Shown here: positions 10,336 through 22,825 of the stretch, one piece after another | Numbering within the stretch: the first letter of the stretch is position 1 | How the letters are laid out: every line of letters begins with the position of its first letter | Source of the DNA: Octopus bimaculoides | Taxonomy: Eukaryota | Direction of reading: 5' to 3' | Length of the DNA: 53,000 nucleotides | Assembly (NCBI RefSeq): GCF_001194135.2 | Contig: NC_068983.1 | Location: forward strand, 4,895,721 to 4,948,720 | The notes under the pieces: generated by a model | Database searches by the model: none | Told to the model about the DNA's origin: nothing | Seen by the model: only the letters and a program-made list of their open reading frames with translations | Position numbers and translations under genes: made by a program

Positions 10336-10749
10336 CTGCAACGAAAATGTAATTCTAGATGAGTATATATATGTATGGTTTATGGATGTAGACATTCAAA
10401 CATGCAGAAAGTGGCAAACCTGCAACAACACAATTCTCAGATATAAAAACATGCATATTTCAATACATTTAGGTTGTTTAATAGTTCCAGTATATACATC
10501 CTCATCATTTAACGTCCATATTCCATGCTGGCATCGATTGACTGGTTTAACAGGTTCTGATGGGTTCAAAGACTGCATCAGGTTTCAGGGTTTAAATCAT
10601 ATGTGGCAGAGAGATATTGTGTCAGGTGGATGTGCCAATTTCACATCAGCTGACAGATTGGTTGGGCATGTGAATAACTGATAAGAAACGTTTATGGGGC
10701 ATTGGAAAGAAAGCTGCTAGGCTGATAATGATAAGATTTTGAATATACA

Positions 10750-10916
10750 TAGGCATAGGAGTGGCAGTGTGGTAATTAACTTGCTTACGAACCACATGGT
10801 TCTGGGTTCAGTCCCACTGCGTGGCACCTTGAACAAGTGCCTTCAACTATAGCCTCAGGCTGACCAAAGCCTTGTGAGTGAATTTGGTAGATGGAAACTG
10901 AAAGAAGCCCGTCGTA

Positions 10917-10979
<63 letters not shown>

Positions 10980-11085
10980 GTGTGTGTGTATATATGTGTG
11001 TTTGTTCCCCCAACATCACTTGACAACCGATGCTGTTGTGTTTACGTCCCCATAACTTAGTGGTTCGGCAAAAGAGACTGATAGT
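10750..11085 (+). mobile_element. SINE family A, head + internal (TA)n(TG)n + partial second half
   Basis: Colinear with 40935-41360. Confidence 0.8.
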
Positions 11086-11089
11086 AACC

Positions 11090-11340
11090 CCTCTTTATCC
11101 CATGCATATTCCACCTTCAGTAGATTCTCATAATAGCACTTTCACACCACTTTCGTGTCTTCCGTATTAATGATGAACATCCCGTCATCATTCCAAATAC
11201 ACTTCTCACCAATGACATCTTGGTTCTCTCTCACGCATTGCTTTGCAAACCTGATCACTTCACAAAGCACATTTTCTCAGAACTTCCAGATTGGTATCCA
11301 ATGTGTTGGAAGACCACTGGGAGTGAGGCACCCCTTAGCT
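11090..11340 (-). mobile_element. RTE LINE ORF fragment (linker between endonuclease and RT)
   Basis: Minus-strand VIRFAKQCVRENQDVIGEKCIWNDDG...YYENLLKVEYAWD resembles the RTE motif FxIAKQxxRENxDVxGEKCVxND...HYExLLNxExxWD. Contains stops. Confidence 0.7.
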
Positions 11341-11930
11341 TTTGTTAAAGCATATCTCTAGAACTTGCTTCAAACCCAGGTTGTATCTGCTTTGATCACC
11401 GGCAGTGACTAGATCTGCGAATCCTCTGCAATGGTCAACAATAGACAACGAGATGAACTGCTATGCATCACACAATCCTGAAGTGTGTAGGCATGTGACT
11501 GGGGACCACATGTGAACTTGTGTTCCTACTGAAATTCCAACTTGTTGGCCAGAGGTGAATGACACCACAAATACACTTCACACCTCTGATTCTGGTCCTA
11601 TCTCTTCCTTTCTGCTTCGTTATTAATCGAATTAATCTTTGAATCTCCTAAAATGTTATGGATTTACCAAATTACATGGACATTTGATTTGCTTTTGTTG
11701 GAACGAGATTATTGGATGCAGCTGTTTGGATGCTGATAAATTGGCAGAGCTGACTGGATTTTCAGCCTGTTCTAGCAACACACACAAGCACACACGAGAA
11801 CAGGTGAAGAGAGAGAGGGAGAGGGAGAGGGAGAGAGAATACAATTTAGTAGTTGGACATGACTGACATACACACTTTCTTTCTCTTCATACACATAAAG
11901 AGAAACAGGCTCAACATGCTTATACGTATG

Positions 11931-11962
<32 letters not shown>

Positions 11963-12990
11963 GAAGAGAGTGAGAAAGGGGGAGAGAGAGAAGTGGAGGA
12001 GAGATATATTAAGATATTTGATGTCAAACAAGCCAGCATCAAATGAGCAATGCCAAAACTTCTCTCCATTACAATGTCCCCTAACTTACTGGATTTTAAG
12101 AACATCATTCAAGATTTACATGTTTTTTTTTTTTTTGTAAAAATTATACAGAAGACACACAAGATTGAAATCTGACGGTTTTCTTATTACTTAAGGTTGG
12201 ATTTGATCTTGAAATTGCAAATTAACAAACCAGTGTCTAATGATACAGTTGTGTTGTTGTTGTTCTTAGTAGCAGGCTGCACCACCTCATCATCATCATC
12301 GTTTAACGTCCATCTTCCATGCTGGCATGGGTGGAATGGTCTTCCCAAAAGCTGGCCAGGCAGAAGCCTGTTCCAGACTTCTGTAACTGTTTTGGCAGGA
12401 TTTTTACAGCTGGATGCCCTTCCTAACACCAACCACTCAGCAGAGTGGACTTAGTGCTTTTAACGTGGCCCAAGCACAGGTGAGGTCAGATTTAGCAAGG
12501 TCTTTATGGTAACAATTTCACATGAAAATAGACTGGACTGTTAACAGCTATGTATCTCTTCCAAGAGGTTCAGGATAGAAGTGGTGATACAAATATGATG
12601 TATTGGGCTCCAGTAACTAAAATGGCCAACACCAGAGTCACTTACCCTGCTGAGTCACCCTTACATCCATTCATCATCATCATCATCATTTAATGTCCAC
12701 TTTTCCATGTTTGCATGGGTGAGATGGAATTCACTGAGGCAGATTTTCTACAGCCGGATGCCCTTCCTGTCACCAAACTTCACCTGTTTCCAAGCAAAGT
12801 AATATTTTCCATGGCTAAACACGTTTTACAAGGGAAAATGGAAATCAACGACAACAATGAATGTACAACACTGACGCTCAGTTTACAACCATCATGTGAT
12901 GACAAGACAACAGTACACACACACACACTCACATGCATATAAAAGAAGCCTGCTGTGTGTATGTGTGTATGTGTGTGTGTGTGTATGATG

Positions 12991-13032
<42 letters not shown>

Positions 13033-13258
13033 TATGTATATATACACAACAGGCTTCTTTTAGTTTCTATCTATTAAATCCACTCAGAAGGCTTTGGTCA
13101 ACCTGAGGCTATCATAGAAAACACTTGTCCAGGGTACTGAGGTGCTGTCTAGTGGCACTGAACTTTAAACCATTTGGTTGGGAACCAAGCTTCTTATCCA
13201 TGCACCACACCTAGTTAAATAAAAATTTAGCAAAATATAATGAGAGAAAAATGCTTAC

Positions 13259-13390
13259 TATTTGAAGAATACATTTTGAGCACCCGTAATAATGGTAGCA
13301 AATTTTTGAAATGTGTTGTGTTAGTTTTTATAAGATTCAAAGTAATTCCGAGGGCCTGGCATAGTCTTCCTTTTACAGGGAATTTCGGAT
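13259..13390 (-). CDS. AGTPBP1: CCP1 coding exon 6 (DPKFPVKGRLCQALGITLNLIKTNTTHFKNLLPLLRVLKMYSSN)
   Basis: Acceptor gttttttcttttag, donor A|GTAAGC, phase 1-1. Matches human [24 protein letters not shown]...LQLLRVYSAN. Absent from the ORF track. Confidence 0.95.
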
Positions 13391-13599
13391 CTAAAAGAAA
13401 AAACATACAAATTTAATTTTGTGACATTAACAAGATCACAATATAATGCTCAACTCATTACCACTACACTAAGATATTCCTGTCTCTATAATCCATATAT
13501 AATCCCACACCCTGGCACTGCATACCCCAGTGTCCTTCCAGCATCCTACAGTATTTTCATAGTTACCTTTGCAGCACACTATAATATTACTGTCACTGG

Positions 13600-14230
13600 G
13601 GGTCCATGATGTCTTCTTCAGCCCATCTCACCTGTTTACATGGGATTTAGCAGAAGCCCCTTCATGCTCCTTGTGTTCTAAAGCAGACACCCTCATGCAC
13701 TTCTTAAGCAGCTACTCCAAGTGATCAAACTATTGCCGGAGACATAAACATACCCTCAACACCATTGCTGAGGCAATCAGCAAGGGGACCAGTGACTGCA
13801 AAAATACCTGGATTACAACCAGACATATACCTTTTCCAAGGAAGGAGAGAGGCTGATGTAAAGGTCCGGGAGCAACTCTGAGGGATTATTTTACACACAA
13901 TGGTACACGGTGATGGAAGTAGATCTGGCAAAAAAAGCTAGACTTTCCAATGCACATCACCTGGACCTTGCTAACACCAGATGTCATCTTGGTTTCCTGG
14001 ACAACAAAGCATCTAGTCCTTCTGAAGTTAACAGTGTCCTGGGAGGAAAGGATGGAGGATGCTCAAGAGGGGAAGAGAACCATGTATGAGGAGTTGGTGG
14101 AGGACTGCTGTAAGAATGGATGGAGGACACTGTTTAATAGTGGAAGTTAGCAGTCGAGGGTTTGCAGATCATACTCTGAGTAAGGCCACGGAACTCCAGG
14201 CATTTCAGGAGTCAAAGAAGAGCCCTCAAG
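13600..14230 (+). mobile_element. Restriction-like-endonuclease non-LTR retrotransposon 3' fragment (HERO-like, R2 group), decayed
   Basis: CCHC-knuckle remnant (HLFTWDLAEAPSCSLC...TLMHFLS), then TPDVILVSWTTKHLVLLKLTVSWEERMEDAQEGKRTMYEELVEDC...VEVSSRGFA (PD..D/E-x-T RLE motif). Confidence 0.75.
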
Positions 14231-14300
14231 ATCAACATAGTGAAGGGCACCAACTGTCTCCACTGACCAACTAAAACCAAACAGAAAGTAAAATTCTTAC

Positions 14301-14447
14301 CTTTTGCACCAATCTTTGCTAACAACTGATGCAGTTGCATCATTAAGCTTTCTCTTGGTAAAGATTCTTTAAATTCAGACATTAGAATCTGTAGAAGTAT
14401 ACTACAGGCATCACAGTTGACCAATATTGCGATATATTTACTATTTG
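14301..14447 (-). CDS. AGTPBP1: CCP1 coding exon 5 (SNSKYIAILVNCDACSILLQILMSEFKESLPRESLMMQLHQLLAKIGAK)
   Basis: Acceptor tctttattcttcag, donor G|GTAAGA, phase 1-1. Matches human [35 protein letters not shown]. Confidence 0.94.
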
Positions 14448-15364
14448 CTGAAGAATAAAGACAGAAATTATTTTCAGTTATTTAAGTCACAGAATTCTTT
14501 GAAAGATGTACAACAGCCAAGATAATATTTGAAAAATGTGTCTATGCCTGTGTGTGTGTATGTGTTTCTGTACTTAATAACATGCACACGTGTGTGGGGG
14601 GTGGGGGGTGTTTGTTTATAAAAGCACTGGCACCCTGTACCCTCTGAAAAGTGGCTGGTTTTAGGAAGGGCATCCAGCTGTAAAATGCATGCCAAAACCC
14701 ACAATGGAAGTTCTCCAGTTCCTGTCAAACCATCCAAATCACGTCAAGAAAAACAGACATTAAAAGATGATGATGATAATGATGATGATATACTTGGAAA
14801 CATGAAGGTAGGCAACAGGAAAAGTATCTGGCTGTAGACAATTTGTCTCAACAAATTCTGACCAACCCATGAGAGCATGGAAAAATGGATGTTAGATCAT
14901 GTTGAATCATCCAACCCATGCCACTTTAGAAGGCAGATGTTAAATGACGATGATGATGCTGATGGGCTTTGTACTGTTTCCCTCCACCAATTTCACTCAC
15001 AAGGCATTGGTCAGCTTACTCAAGACGCCATACAGCAGAATTGAACCTGTTTGATGGATTTTAGAAACACTCAGTTTTTAGACATCCATTTTTCAAAATT
15101 TGTCTCCTTTTCACTCAGATCTTTTAATGAGTTCAGCAGGCGAGTGTGGCAAGGACAGAGATTGAGTGGGGCTCACAGATCAATAATGTAGAAACCAGGG
15201 ACTGGAGGAAGATATGTATGATCTTTTTCCATTTATATGTACACTTTCTCTTTCACACACATACACACACACATTTCTGCAAGTTGGTCGGGACGATGGG
15301 AAACAGAGGATATAAAACTAGCAACAATTATTAAGTGTTGTTTTGAAGCAAAGCCTGAACTTAC

Positions 15365-15431
15365 AAGGTTTATGGAGAAGTTCCAGCAAAGTGCTTAGGA
15401 TGTTATCAACAATCTGTTTTTCACCTGGTGC
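15365..15431 (-). CDS. AGTPBP1: CCP1 coding exon 4 (APGEKQIVDNILSTLLELLHKP)
   Basis: Acceptor ctgcttttctttaag, donor T|GTAAGT, phase 0-1. Resembles human TTLNILSILVELVS. Confidence 0.88.
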
Positions 15432-15668
15432 CTTAAAGAAAAGCAGAAATATTTCTTGCAATGTGTCATCATGTGTAACTAAACATCATTGTTATAAGAA
15501 AGGTTATGAAAAATGTTCAAAATTATGAAGACAAACAAATAGATCTTACTACACGGTAGATCTGATAAGATCTTAGTATATAAGTATGATAGATTTTATT
15601 AAGCAAATAATACTTTATAACACAGACATGGTACACTTTATCCTAGATGCAAGAAACAATCCACTTAC

Positions 15669-15736
15669 TGCCCGCAGCGCCATTACTAAAAGAGGCAGAC
15701 CATTCTGTCGAATGAAGGACTCTTTGGATGCAGCAT
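15669..15736 (-). CDS. AGTPBP1: CCP1 coding exon 3 (DAASKESFIRQNGLPLLVMALRA)
   Basis: Acceptor ttttctccttgcctag, donor GCA|GTAAGT, phase 1-0. Confidence 0.85.
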
Positions 15737-16094
15737 CTAGGCAAGGAGAAAAAAAAGAGAAAAATGGGAAATGAAGAATGAAGTTAATATTTTCAGCTGA
15801 AATGTTTCAAAGAAATTATTTAACCCTCAAAAATGCACCCAAAACACACTGTAAAGAAATTAGCTTTAGGAAGGGCATTTAGTGGGAGAAAATACAGCAA
15901 AGTGGAGACTGGAGCTTGCCAGATACTGTTAAACTGTTCAACCACTGACAGCATGGAAAATGGACATTAAATGACGATGACGTGATGTGGTGTGTGTGTG
16001 TGAAAAATTGAATATTGAATTTGTTCTTTTGAAAATAATTTCTATACCAAACTACGTGTTTTTGAAAATATTATTATCAACGTTGTATATATAT

Positions 16095-17070
16095 ATCATC
16101 ATCATTTAAAGTCTGCTTTCCATGGTGGCATAGGTTAGATGGTTTGACTGGAACTGGTGAGCTGGGGAGCTGCACCAGGTTCCAGTCTGATTTGGCTCGG
16201 TTTCTATGGCTGGATGCCCTTCCTAAAGCCAACCACTTCAAGACTGTAATAGGTGCTTTTTACGAGCCACCAACACAGGTGTCATTTACATGATACTGGA
16301 AATGGCCACAACTATGATTTCACAGGTGCTATTTACATGATACTGGCGACAGTCATCTCTGCAATTTCACTTGGCTTGACAAGTCTTCTTAAGCACAGCA
16401 TATCTCCAGAGGTCTCAGTCACTTGTCTTAACTTCCATAAGGCCTGACATTCAAAGACCATGCTACCAGCAATGGCCACAAATATGATTTCACGGGTGCC
16501 ATTCACATGACATTGACAATGGCCACAATTTCACCTCACTTGAGGAGTTTTCTCAAGCACAGCATATCACTAAAGATTTTTGTCTCTTGTCGTTGCCTCT
16601 GTGAGGCCCAACATTCGAAGATCATGCTTCACCACTTCATCCCATGTCTTCCTGGGTCTACCTCTTCCACAGGTTCCCTCCATAGTTAGAGATCAGCACT
16701 TCTTTATAGAGCTGTCCTTGTCCATAAGCATCACATGATCATACCAGAGCATTCATCTTTCTTGCACAATCCATCTAATGCCTCTTATCCCCAGTTTTTC
16801 TCTGAAGACATTTATGCTGTTGAACATGCATACTGACATTACACGTCCAGCAAAGCATGCTGGCTTCATTTCTTTCAAGCCTTCACATGTCCTACATTTC
16901 ACTGCCATGGAGCATGACTGTTCACACACAGGCAGCATACAGTCTACCTTTCATTCTGAGGGAGAGGCCCTTTGTTACCAACAAAGCAAGAATCTCTCTG
17001 AACTTTCCCCAGCTTATTCTTATTCCAGCAGCATCCACCTCCACTGCTAACTTGATCACCAAAATAATAG
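16095..17070 (-). mobile_element. RTE LINE 3' part (ORF end + 3' UTR + (GAT)n tail), decayed
   Basis: REKLGIRGIRWIVQER...WYDHVMLM...EGTCGRGRPRKTWDEVVKHD on the minus strand, followed by the common 3'-UTR. Confidence 0.85.
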
Positions 17071-17103
17071 AAGCTTTCAAATACTTCTACGTACCCCCCC
17101 CCC

Positions 17104-17574
17104 NNNNNNNNNNNNNNNNNNNNNNNNNNNNNNNNNNNNNNNNNNNNNNNNNNNNNNNNNNNNNNNNNNNNNNNNNNNNNNNNNNNNNNNNNNNNNNNNN
17201 NNNNNNNNNNNNNNNNNNNNNNNNNNNNNNNNNNNNNNNNNNNNNNNNNNNNNNNNNNNNNNNNNNNNNNNNNNNNNNNNNNNNNNNNNNNNNNNNNNNN
17301 NNNNNNNNNNNNNNNNNNNNNNNNNNNNNNNNNNNNNNNNNNNNNNNNNNNNNNNNNNNNNNNNNNNNNNNNNNNNNNNNNNNNNNNNNNNNNNNNNNNN
17401 NNNNNNNNNNNNNNNNNNNNNNNNNNNNNNNNNNNNNNNNNNNNNNNNNNNNNNNNNNNNNNNNNNNNNNNNNNNNNNNNNNNNNNNNNNNNNNNNNNNN
17501 NNNNNNNNNNNNNNNNNNNNNNNNNNNNNNNNNNNNNNNNNNNNNNNNNNNNNNNNNNNNNNNNNNNNNNNNNN
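17104..17574. other. Assembly gap
   Basis: Run of N. Confidence 1.
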
Positions 17575-17642
17575 CAGTCAACACTGCAAAGTGATTGGCA
17601 TTTGGAAGGGCATCCAGCTGTTAAAATCAAACCAAAGCTGAG

Positions 17643-17886
17643 CGGAAAGGGCAGGACATGTCCTCGTCCGTGAGAGGATCCATTACAACCGTTGGAAAAA
17701 ACATCAACTAAATAACGAAATCAAAGAGAGGTTATCTTCATTACTTAGGAAAATAACCAGAGATGATGACTAAAAGAGAATCCAACAAGATCTGGAAAAG
17801 TCGTACATGAAAGAATTTGAAATGGTGAAGACACGCCAGGTTAAGAAGTTTATGAAACTCAAAGGTCAGACAACGGAAAGGGCAGG
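17643..17886 (+). mobile_element. Fragment of a Penelope-like N-terminal helical region bounded by a 13-bp direct repeat
   Basis: ERAGHVLVRERIHYNRWKKHQL...(stop)...FEMVKTRQVKKFMKLK resembles PLE N-terminal LLRERI...KxRQxxKFxxL. cggaaagggcagg occurs at 17643 and 17874. Confidence 0.55.
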
Positions 17887-18201
17887 CAAAACTGACCTCT
17901 TGTGTGCTTGTGCCATGTAAAAAGCACTCAGCCCACTCTGTAAAGTGGTTGGTGTTAAGAAGGGCATCCTGCTGTAGAAACCCTGCCAAAACAGACACAG
18001 AAATCTGATACAGTCTTCTGCCTGGCCAGCTCCTGTCAAACCATCCAATCCATGTCAGCATGGAAGGCGGACGGTAAACGATGACGAGGATGTATGTATG
18101 TTGCTTTTTATGTGTGTGGTTTGTGGGCAGAGGTGTTTGAGTCATGCAGGATTAGTGAACCATCAAAATTCTCATAGAAATCGACCCACGATAAAAATGA
18201 T

Positions 18202-18423
18202 GTGGCTATTAAAATTCACAACAGAATGTGTGTAAAATGTGGAAGGGTGTGCCTCTCAGTTGGACGTCTAAAAAGGCATGTTAAGAGAGTGCATATGGTG
18301 GCACCAGTTTCTCCAGCCAGCCAACACAGTTGTCGAGTAAGTAATAAAATTTGTAAAAGCTTGGCCAGGCTTAAAAGTCATATAAGGACATTACATGGCA
18401 ACGATCATGAATCATTTCAGTAA
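18202..18423 (+). mobile_element. Two degenerate C2H2 zinc fingers, probably the C-terminus of an RTE-type LINE ORF
   Basis: CVKCGRVCLSVGRLKRHVKRVH and CRVSNKICKSLARLKSHIRTLH then stop. No TGEKP linkers. Intronic and antisense to CCP1. Confidence 0.5.
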
Positions 18424-18816
18424 GTGTTCTTGGTAATGGCTTTTCGCGTGTAACAAGGATGCAGCTGGGATGGATGTATGTATGGATGTGTAAATCAAAT
18501 AAGGAACAGGATGTCAGGTATTAATGGAATATAACCGTTTCAGGCGGCTCCATTTAATCAAACTTCTTTAATCCACTTCTTCCATACTTTAACCCTTCAA
18601 TTCTTTGTGTAGAGCCAACTCATTGGGGTTTCATGATGGCCACATGATGGCACAGAAAAAGCACCCAGTGCACATTGTGAAGTAGTTGACGTGAGGAAGG
18701 GCATTCAACCATAGAAACCATTCCAAAGCAGAGACTGAAGCATGACATGTCTTTCAGACTGATTGGATCCTGTCAAACTCTCCAACCCATGCCAGCATGG
18801 AACATGGAAGTTAAAT

Positions 18817-18909
18817 GATGATCATGATGACGATGACGATGAAGATGAAGATGATGAAGATGATGATGATGATGATGAAGATGATGATGATGATGATGAA
18901 GATGATGAA

Positions 18910-18969
<60 letters not shown>
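18817..18969. repeat. (GAT/GAA)n trinucleotide array, expanded RTE tail
   Basis: Directly follows the RTE 3'-UTR terminus at 18640-18816. Confidence 0.95.
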
Positions 18970-18970
<1 letters not shown>

Positions 18971-18992
18971 GGTGTAATCCAAAGGGTTTTAC

Positions 18993-19147
18993 CAAATTTG
19001 CTTGATGTAATTATTAGATGGATCTTCCCAGTGGCAAACCGTAACTGCAGTAGATCCTCCGATGCATCTCGTCTCGTTCCGCCACACATATATGATGGTC
19101 TGCTGCAGATTCTCTCAATTGTTTGCAAAAACTGATTACTTCGAGAT
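18993..19147 (-). CDS. AGTPBP1: CCP1 coding exon 2 (SRSNQFLQTIERI...LRFATGKIHLIITSSKF)
   Basis: Acceptor tttactctttag, donor G|GTAAAA, phase 2-1. Resembles human NSRIVGLLAQLEKI...ARYVTSKILHL. Confidence 0.87.
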
Positions 19148-19888
19148 CTAAAGAGTAAAGGATTAAAAAAGAAACAAAAAATTAGAAAAAAAAAGAAAGA
19201 AAGAAAGAAAGAGAAGGATGAATAGGGGAGGGGGAAGGGATAAGGGTAGGTAGGTAAGTAGGCAGGCCACCGCCAACATCACCCACCACACCACCAAATC
19301 AGTGTCATTATCATCCTCATTTGTATCAAGAGGGCAATAACTTAGGGTCACCATCTGAATGAAACAACAGTTAAGCGAGTGCTAACATAATGTAGTGAGT
19401 AAAAAATGTAAATTAATTAAAATTTCTCTTGCAATGAGATAATGGAAACTTAATTTCAATAATTAATATTGGTTTCAAATTTTGGCATAAGGCTGACAAG
19501 TTCAAGGGAGCAGGTAAATAAATTACATCGACCCCAGTACACAACTGATACTTATTTCATCGACCCTGATAGGATGAAAGGCAAAGTCAACCTTGGTGAA
19601 ATTTGAACTCAGAACACAAGGATGGACAAGGGTCCATATGACCTTTGCGGGGTCATATTCTTTTGTTCTTTTACTTGTTTCAGCCACCTGATGCAGCCAT
19701 ACTGGAGCACTGCCTAAAAGGGTGTTAGTCGAAGAAATGGGCCCCAGGCCTTATTCTTTGTAAGCCTAGTACTCAATCTATTGGTCTCATTTGCCAAACC
19801 ACTAAGTTACGGGGACATAAACAAGTTATGAAGATGGGGGCACAAATACAAACACACACACAAATACATATATGTATGTATATATTTA

Positions 19889-19951
<63 letters not shown>

Positions 19952-20461
19952 TCTTTTACTTGTTTCAGTCATTTCACTGCGGCCATGCTGGAGCACCACC
20001 TTTAGTCGAGCAAGTCGACCCCGGGACTTATTGTTTGTAAGCCTAGTACTTATTCTATCGGTCTCTTTTTGCCGAACCGCTAAGTGACGGGGACATAAAC
20101 ACACCAGCATCGGTTATCAAGCAATGCTAGGGAGACAAACACAAGACACACAAACACACACACACACATATATATATATAAAACAATGTGATTTGAGGAA
20201 GAATTAGTTTGCTGCTATTGTTTAGCCCAAGGTCAACCTTGATCAAGCAGGCCAATGATTAAAAGCATTCCAGCCTATTTCAGACATAGTATATCTAGGA
20301 ATACATAATCTAATGTGTCATCTTTCTAAGATGATGCTGGGTGATTTAAGGAAGAATCAGCTATTATTTCTAGGAGGACCAGTAACTCCTAAGAAGCTAT
20401 GTAAATACTTCATTAATTAAAAAAATAACTGTGGAATAGGAAAATGAAGGCACAGACTCAC

Positions 20462-20552
20462 CCACTTCGCTCCATTTTACCTCCTTGAGGCTGGTTGTCC
20501 ATCAATTTCTTACAGCGTGTTTCCTCCATCATTCTGTCTAAAGCAGATCTAC
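20462..20552 (-). CDS. AGTPBP1: CCP1 coding exon 1 (probable start ATG at 20532; MMEETRCKKLMDNQPQGGKMERS)
   Basis: Acceptor ctttgttgattacag, donor GG|GTGAGT. Phase-2 end fits the next exon. The peptide itself is not recognisably conserved. Confidence 0.7.
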
Positions 20553-20907
20553 CTGTAATCAACAAAGATTAACAATAAAGAAGGCAAGGCCATGCTGCTG
20601 CTGCCACTACTACTACTACTACTACTACTACAGTATTTATCATAAGAAAACACACATCTGAATATATACATATATATAAATATATATATATATATATAAT
20701 TAAGACTTTAGCTCTTATTTCTAGCAGACTGATGCTTTTTTCTGCTTCCTTATGCTTCGTGCTAATTTGTAATTTATAGCTAAATAATGCTTTTTACCTG
20801 CAAACCACCAATGTTGTTATTGTTCATACCATCAATTTTAAATTTTATCCAGAGATGATATTAACAATAGTGACATCTTATTTCAAATCTTAGTGTTTGA
20901 ATGTTTT

Positions 20908-20951
<44 letters not shown>

Positions 20952-21164
20952 ATGCCAGCAAGGAAAAGTTTATGTTAAATGATGACGATGATGATGATGA
21001 CAATCACATACACCTAAATATATACACATAAATATATACACATAAATATATACACATAAATATATACACATACATACATAAATAAGTACATGCTACTATT
21101 TGTACAGGTGTATAAAATAGTTATAAGCACACATATACACAATGAAAACCCACATATATATATA

Positions 21165-21226
<62 letters not shown>

Positions 21227-21411
21227 CATACACATACACACATAAATATATGAACGACTTATATAGTCATATTTAGTCGCATGTGTAATGTATATAAATG
21301 CAAACACTGATTCATATCTTTTTCCTTCTCTTCCTGTATGTATGCATTTGTATAAAATATTCATACATGTGCATACATACACCCATACACAAACACATTT
21401 ATACACAACAC

Positions 21412-21453
<42 letters not shown>

Positions 21454-22099
21454 TATATGTAATGCCCACCTTAATACAAAATCAATAGACGTGAGGCAGT
21501 GTGCTGGTGGTGTTGGGGGCGTTGGCGGGGTGCTTTCTACTTAAGCTTGTTTAACAGTCAGTCAGTTAAGAGAATTGTTCTGAGGTGATGGGTAATGTGA
21601 TGGAGTGCCACTTGTTACAGCTGAAATGACACCCTAATACACCCACATTTATCATCCTTGTCACTGTCCTTAATATATAACAACCATGCTTCTATTTATG
21701 TAACCCCACATTCTGTTGTCCTCTACTGTTCCCAATGCTTTTTTTTCTTTTTTTTGTGTGTGAACATATAGTGGGAAATAAAGCATTATTATTGTAATTA
21801 CTGGAAGTTGGGTGAGAATTAATAATAATAATGATAATAATAATAATAATGTGAGTTTTAATTTAGCATTGAAGGAAAATTACATAAGTGTACTTGTTGT
21901 TTAGTTTTTGTTATATAATTGATGAGGAGGGGGAAGAAGAGGAGGATGGGAGGAGGAAATGGATGATGATGATAACTGCGTTTGATGTTTAATTTTTGTG
22001 CTATAATTGAGGAGGAAGGAGACGAGACGGTAATGATGATGATGAAGGGGAGGAGGAGGAGAACAATGACAAGAAGGAAGATGGAGTTGATAAAGTTGA

Positions 22100-22133
<34 letters not shown>

Positions 22134-22449
22134 GGTGATAATGACTTGGTTTTTAATTTAGGCAAAAGGCTAGTAATTTGGTGGGGGGTGGGGGATGAGG
22201 AAGGGAGGGATTTAGTAGATTACATTGACTCCACCACCTATACTAGATTGATGCTTTATTCAACTGACCCCTCAACCCCACAGAGGGATGGACTGATGAC
22301 AGAGACATTTTAACAAAGAACATAAAGGGCTGAAACAAGGACCACAAGGCATTCATTCTGATGCTCCACCAATTCTGACAGTACACCTTATTGTTATTTT
22401 TTTTGTCGGTTTTTGCTTTTTTGTTGTTCTTCTGTCTTTATGTTGTATC

Positions 22450-22825
22450 TTTTACTTGTTTCAGTTATTAGACTGTGGCTATGCTGGGGCACCACCTAGA
22501 ATGGCTTTAGTCAAACAAATCGACTCCTGAAATATTTTTTTAAACCTGGTACTTTTTCTGTCAGTCATTTTCGCTGAGCTGCTAAGTTACAGGGAGGTAA
22601 ACACACCAACACCGATTGTCAAGAGGTGGTGGGGGACAAACACATGCATGCACACACACACATGAACACAACAGGCATCTTTCAGTTTCTGTCAATCAAT
22701 TCTACTCACAAGGCTTTGGTCAGCCTGAGGCCATAATAGAAGATCCTTGCCCAAGATACCATGCAGTGGGACCAAACATGGAACCAGGTAGTTAGGAAGC
22801 AAACTTCTTACTTCACAGCCACACC
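22450..22825 (-). mobile_element. SINE family A, near full length
   Basis: Reverse complement of the 40935-41360 consensus. Confidence 0.75.

Larger units (their letters stand above)
493..20552 (-). other. AGTPBP1: Gene span (partial; runs off the left edge): cytosolic carboxypeptidase 1 / tubulin deglutamylase, 13 coding exons in window
   Basis: 13 exons join via GT-AG introns with matching phases into one open frame (2144 nt from ATG 20532). Translation matches recalled human CCP1 segments in order: QLHQLLAKIGAKDPKFPVKGRL~[47 protein letters not shown]~[35 protein letters not shown]~[10 protein letters not shown]. Confidence 0.93.

Noticed and set aside
11668-11772. AG/GT-bounded open segment in intron 6
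   Set aside because: No CCP1 similarity; exons 6 and 7 already align contiguously with the human protein; phases are incompatible.
18773-19135. Poly-Met, poly-Asp, poly-His and poly-Ile ORFs
   Set aside because: These are translations of the (GAT)n array. Only 18993-19147 on the minus strand is a real exon.
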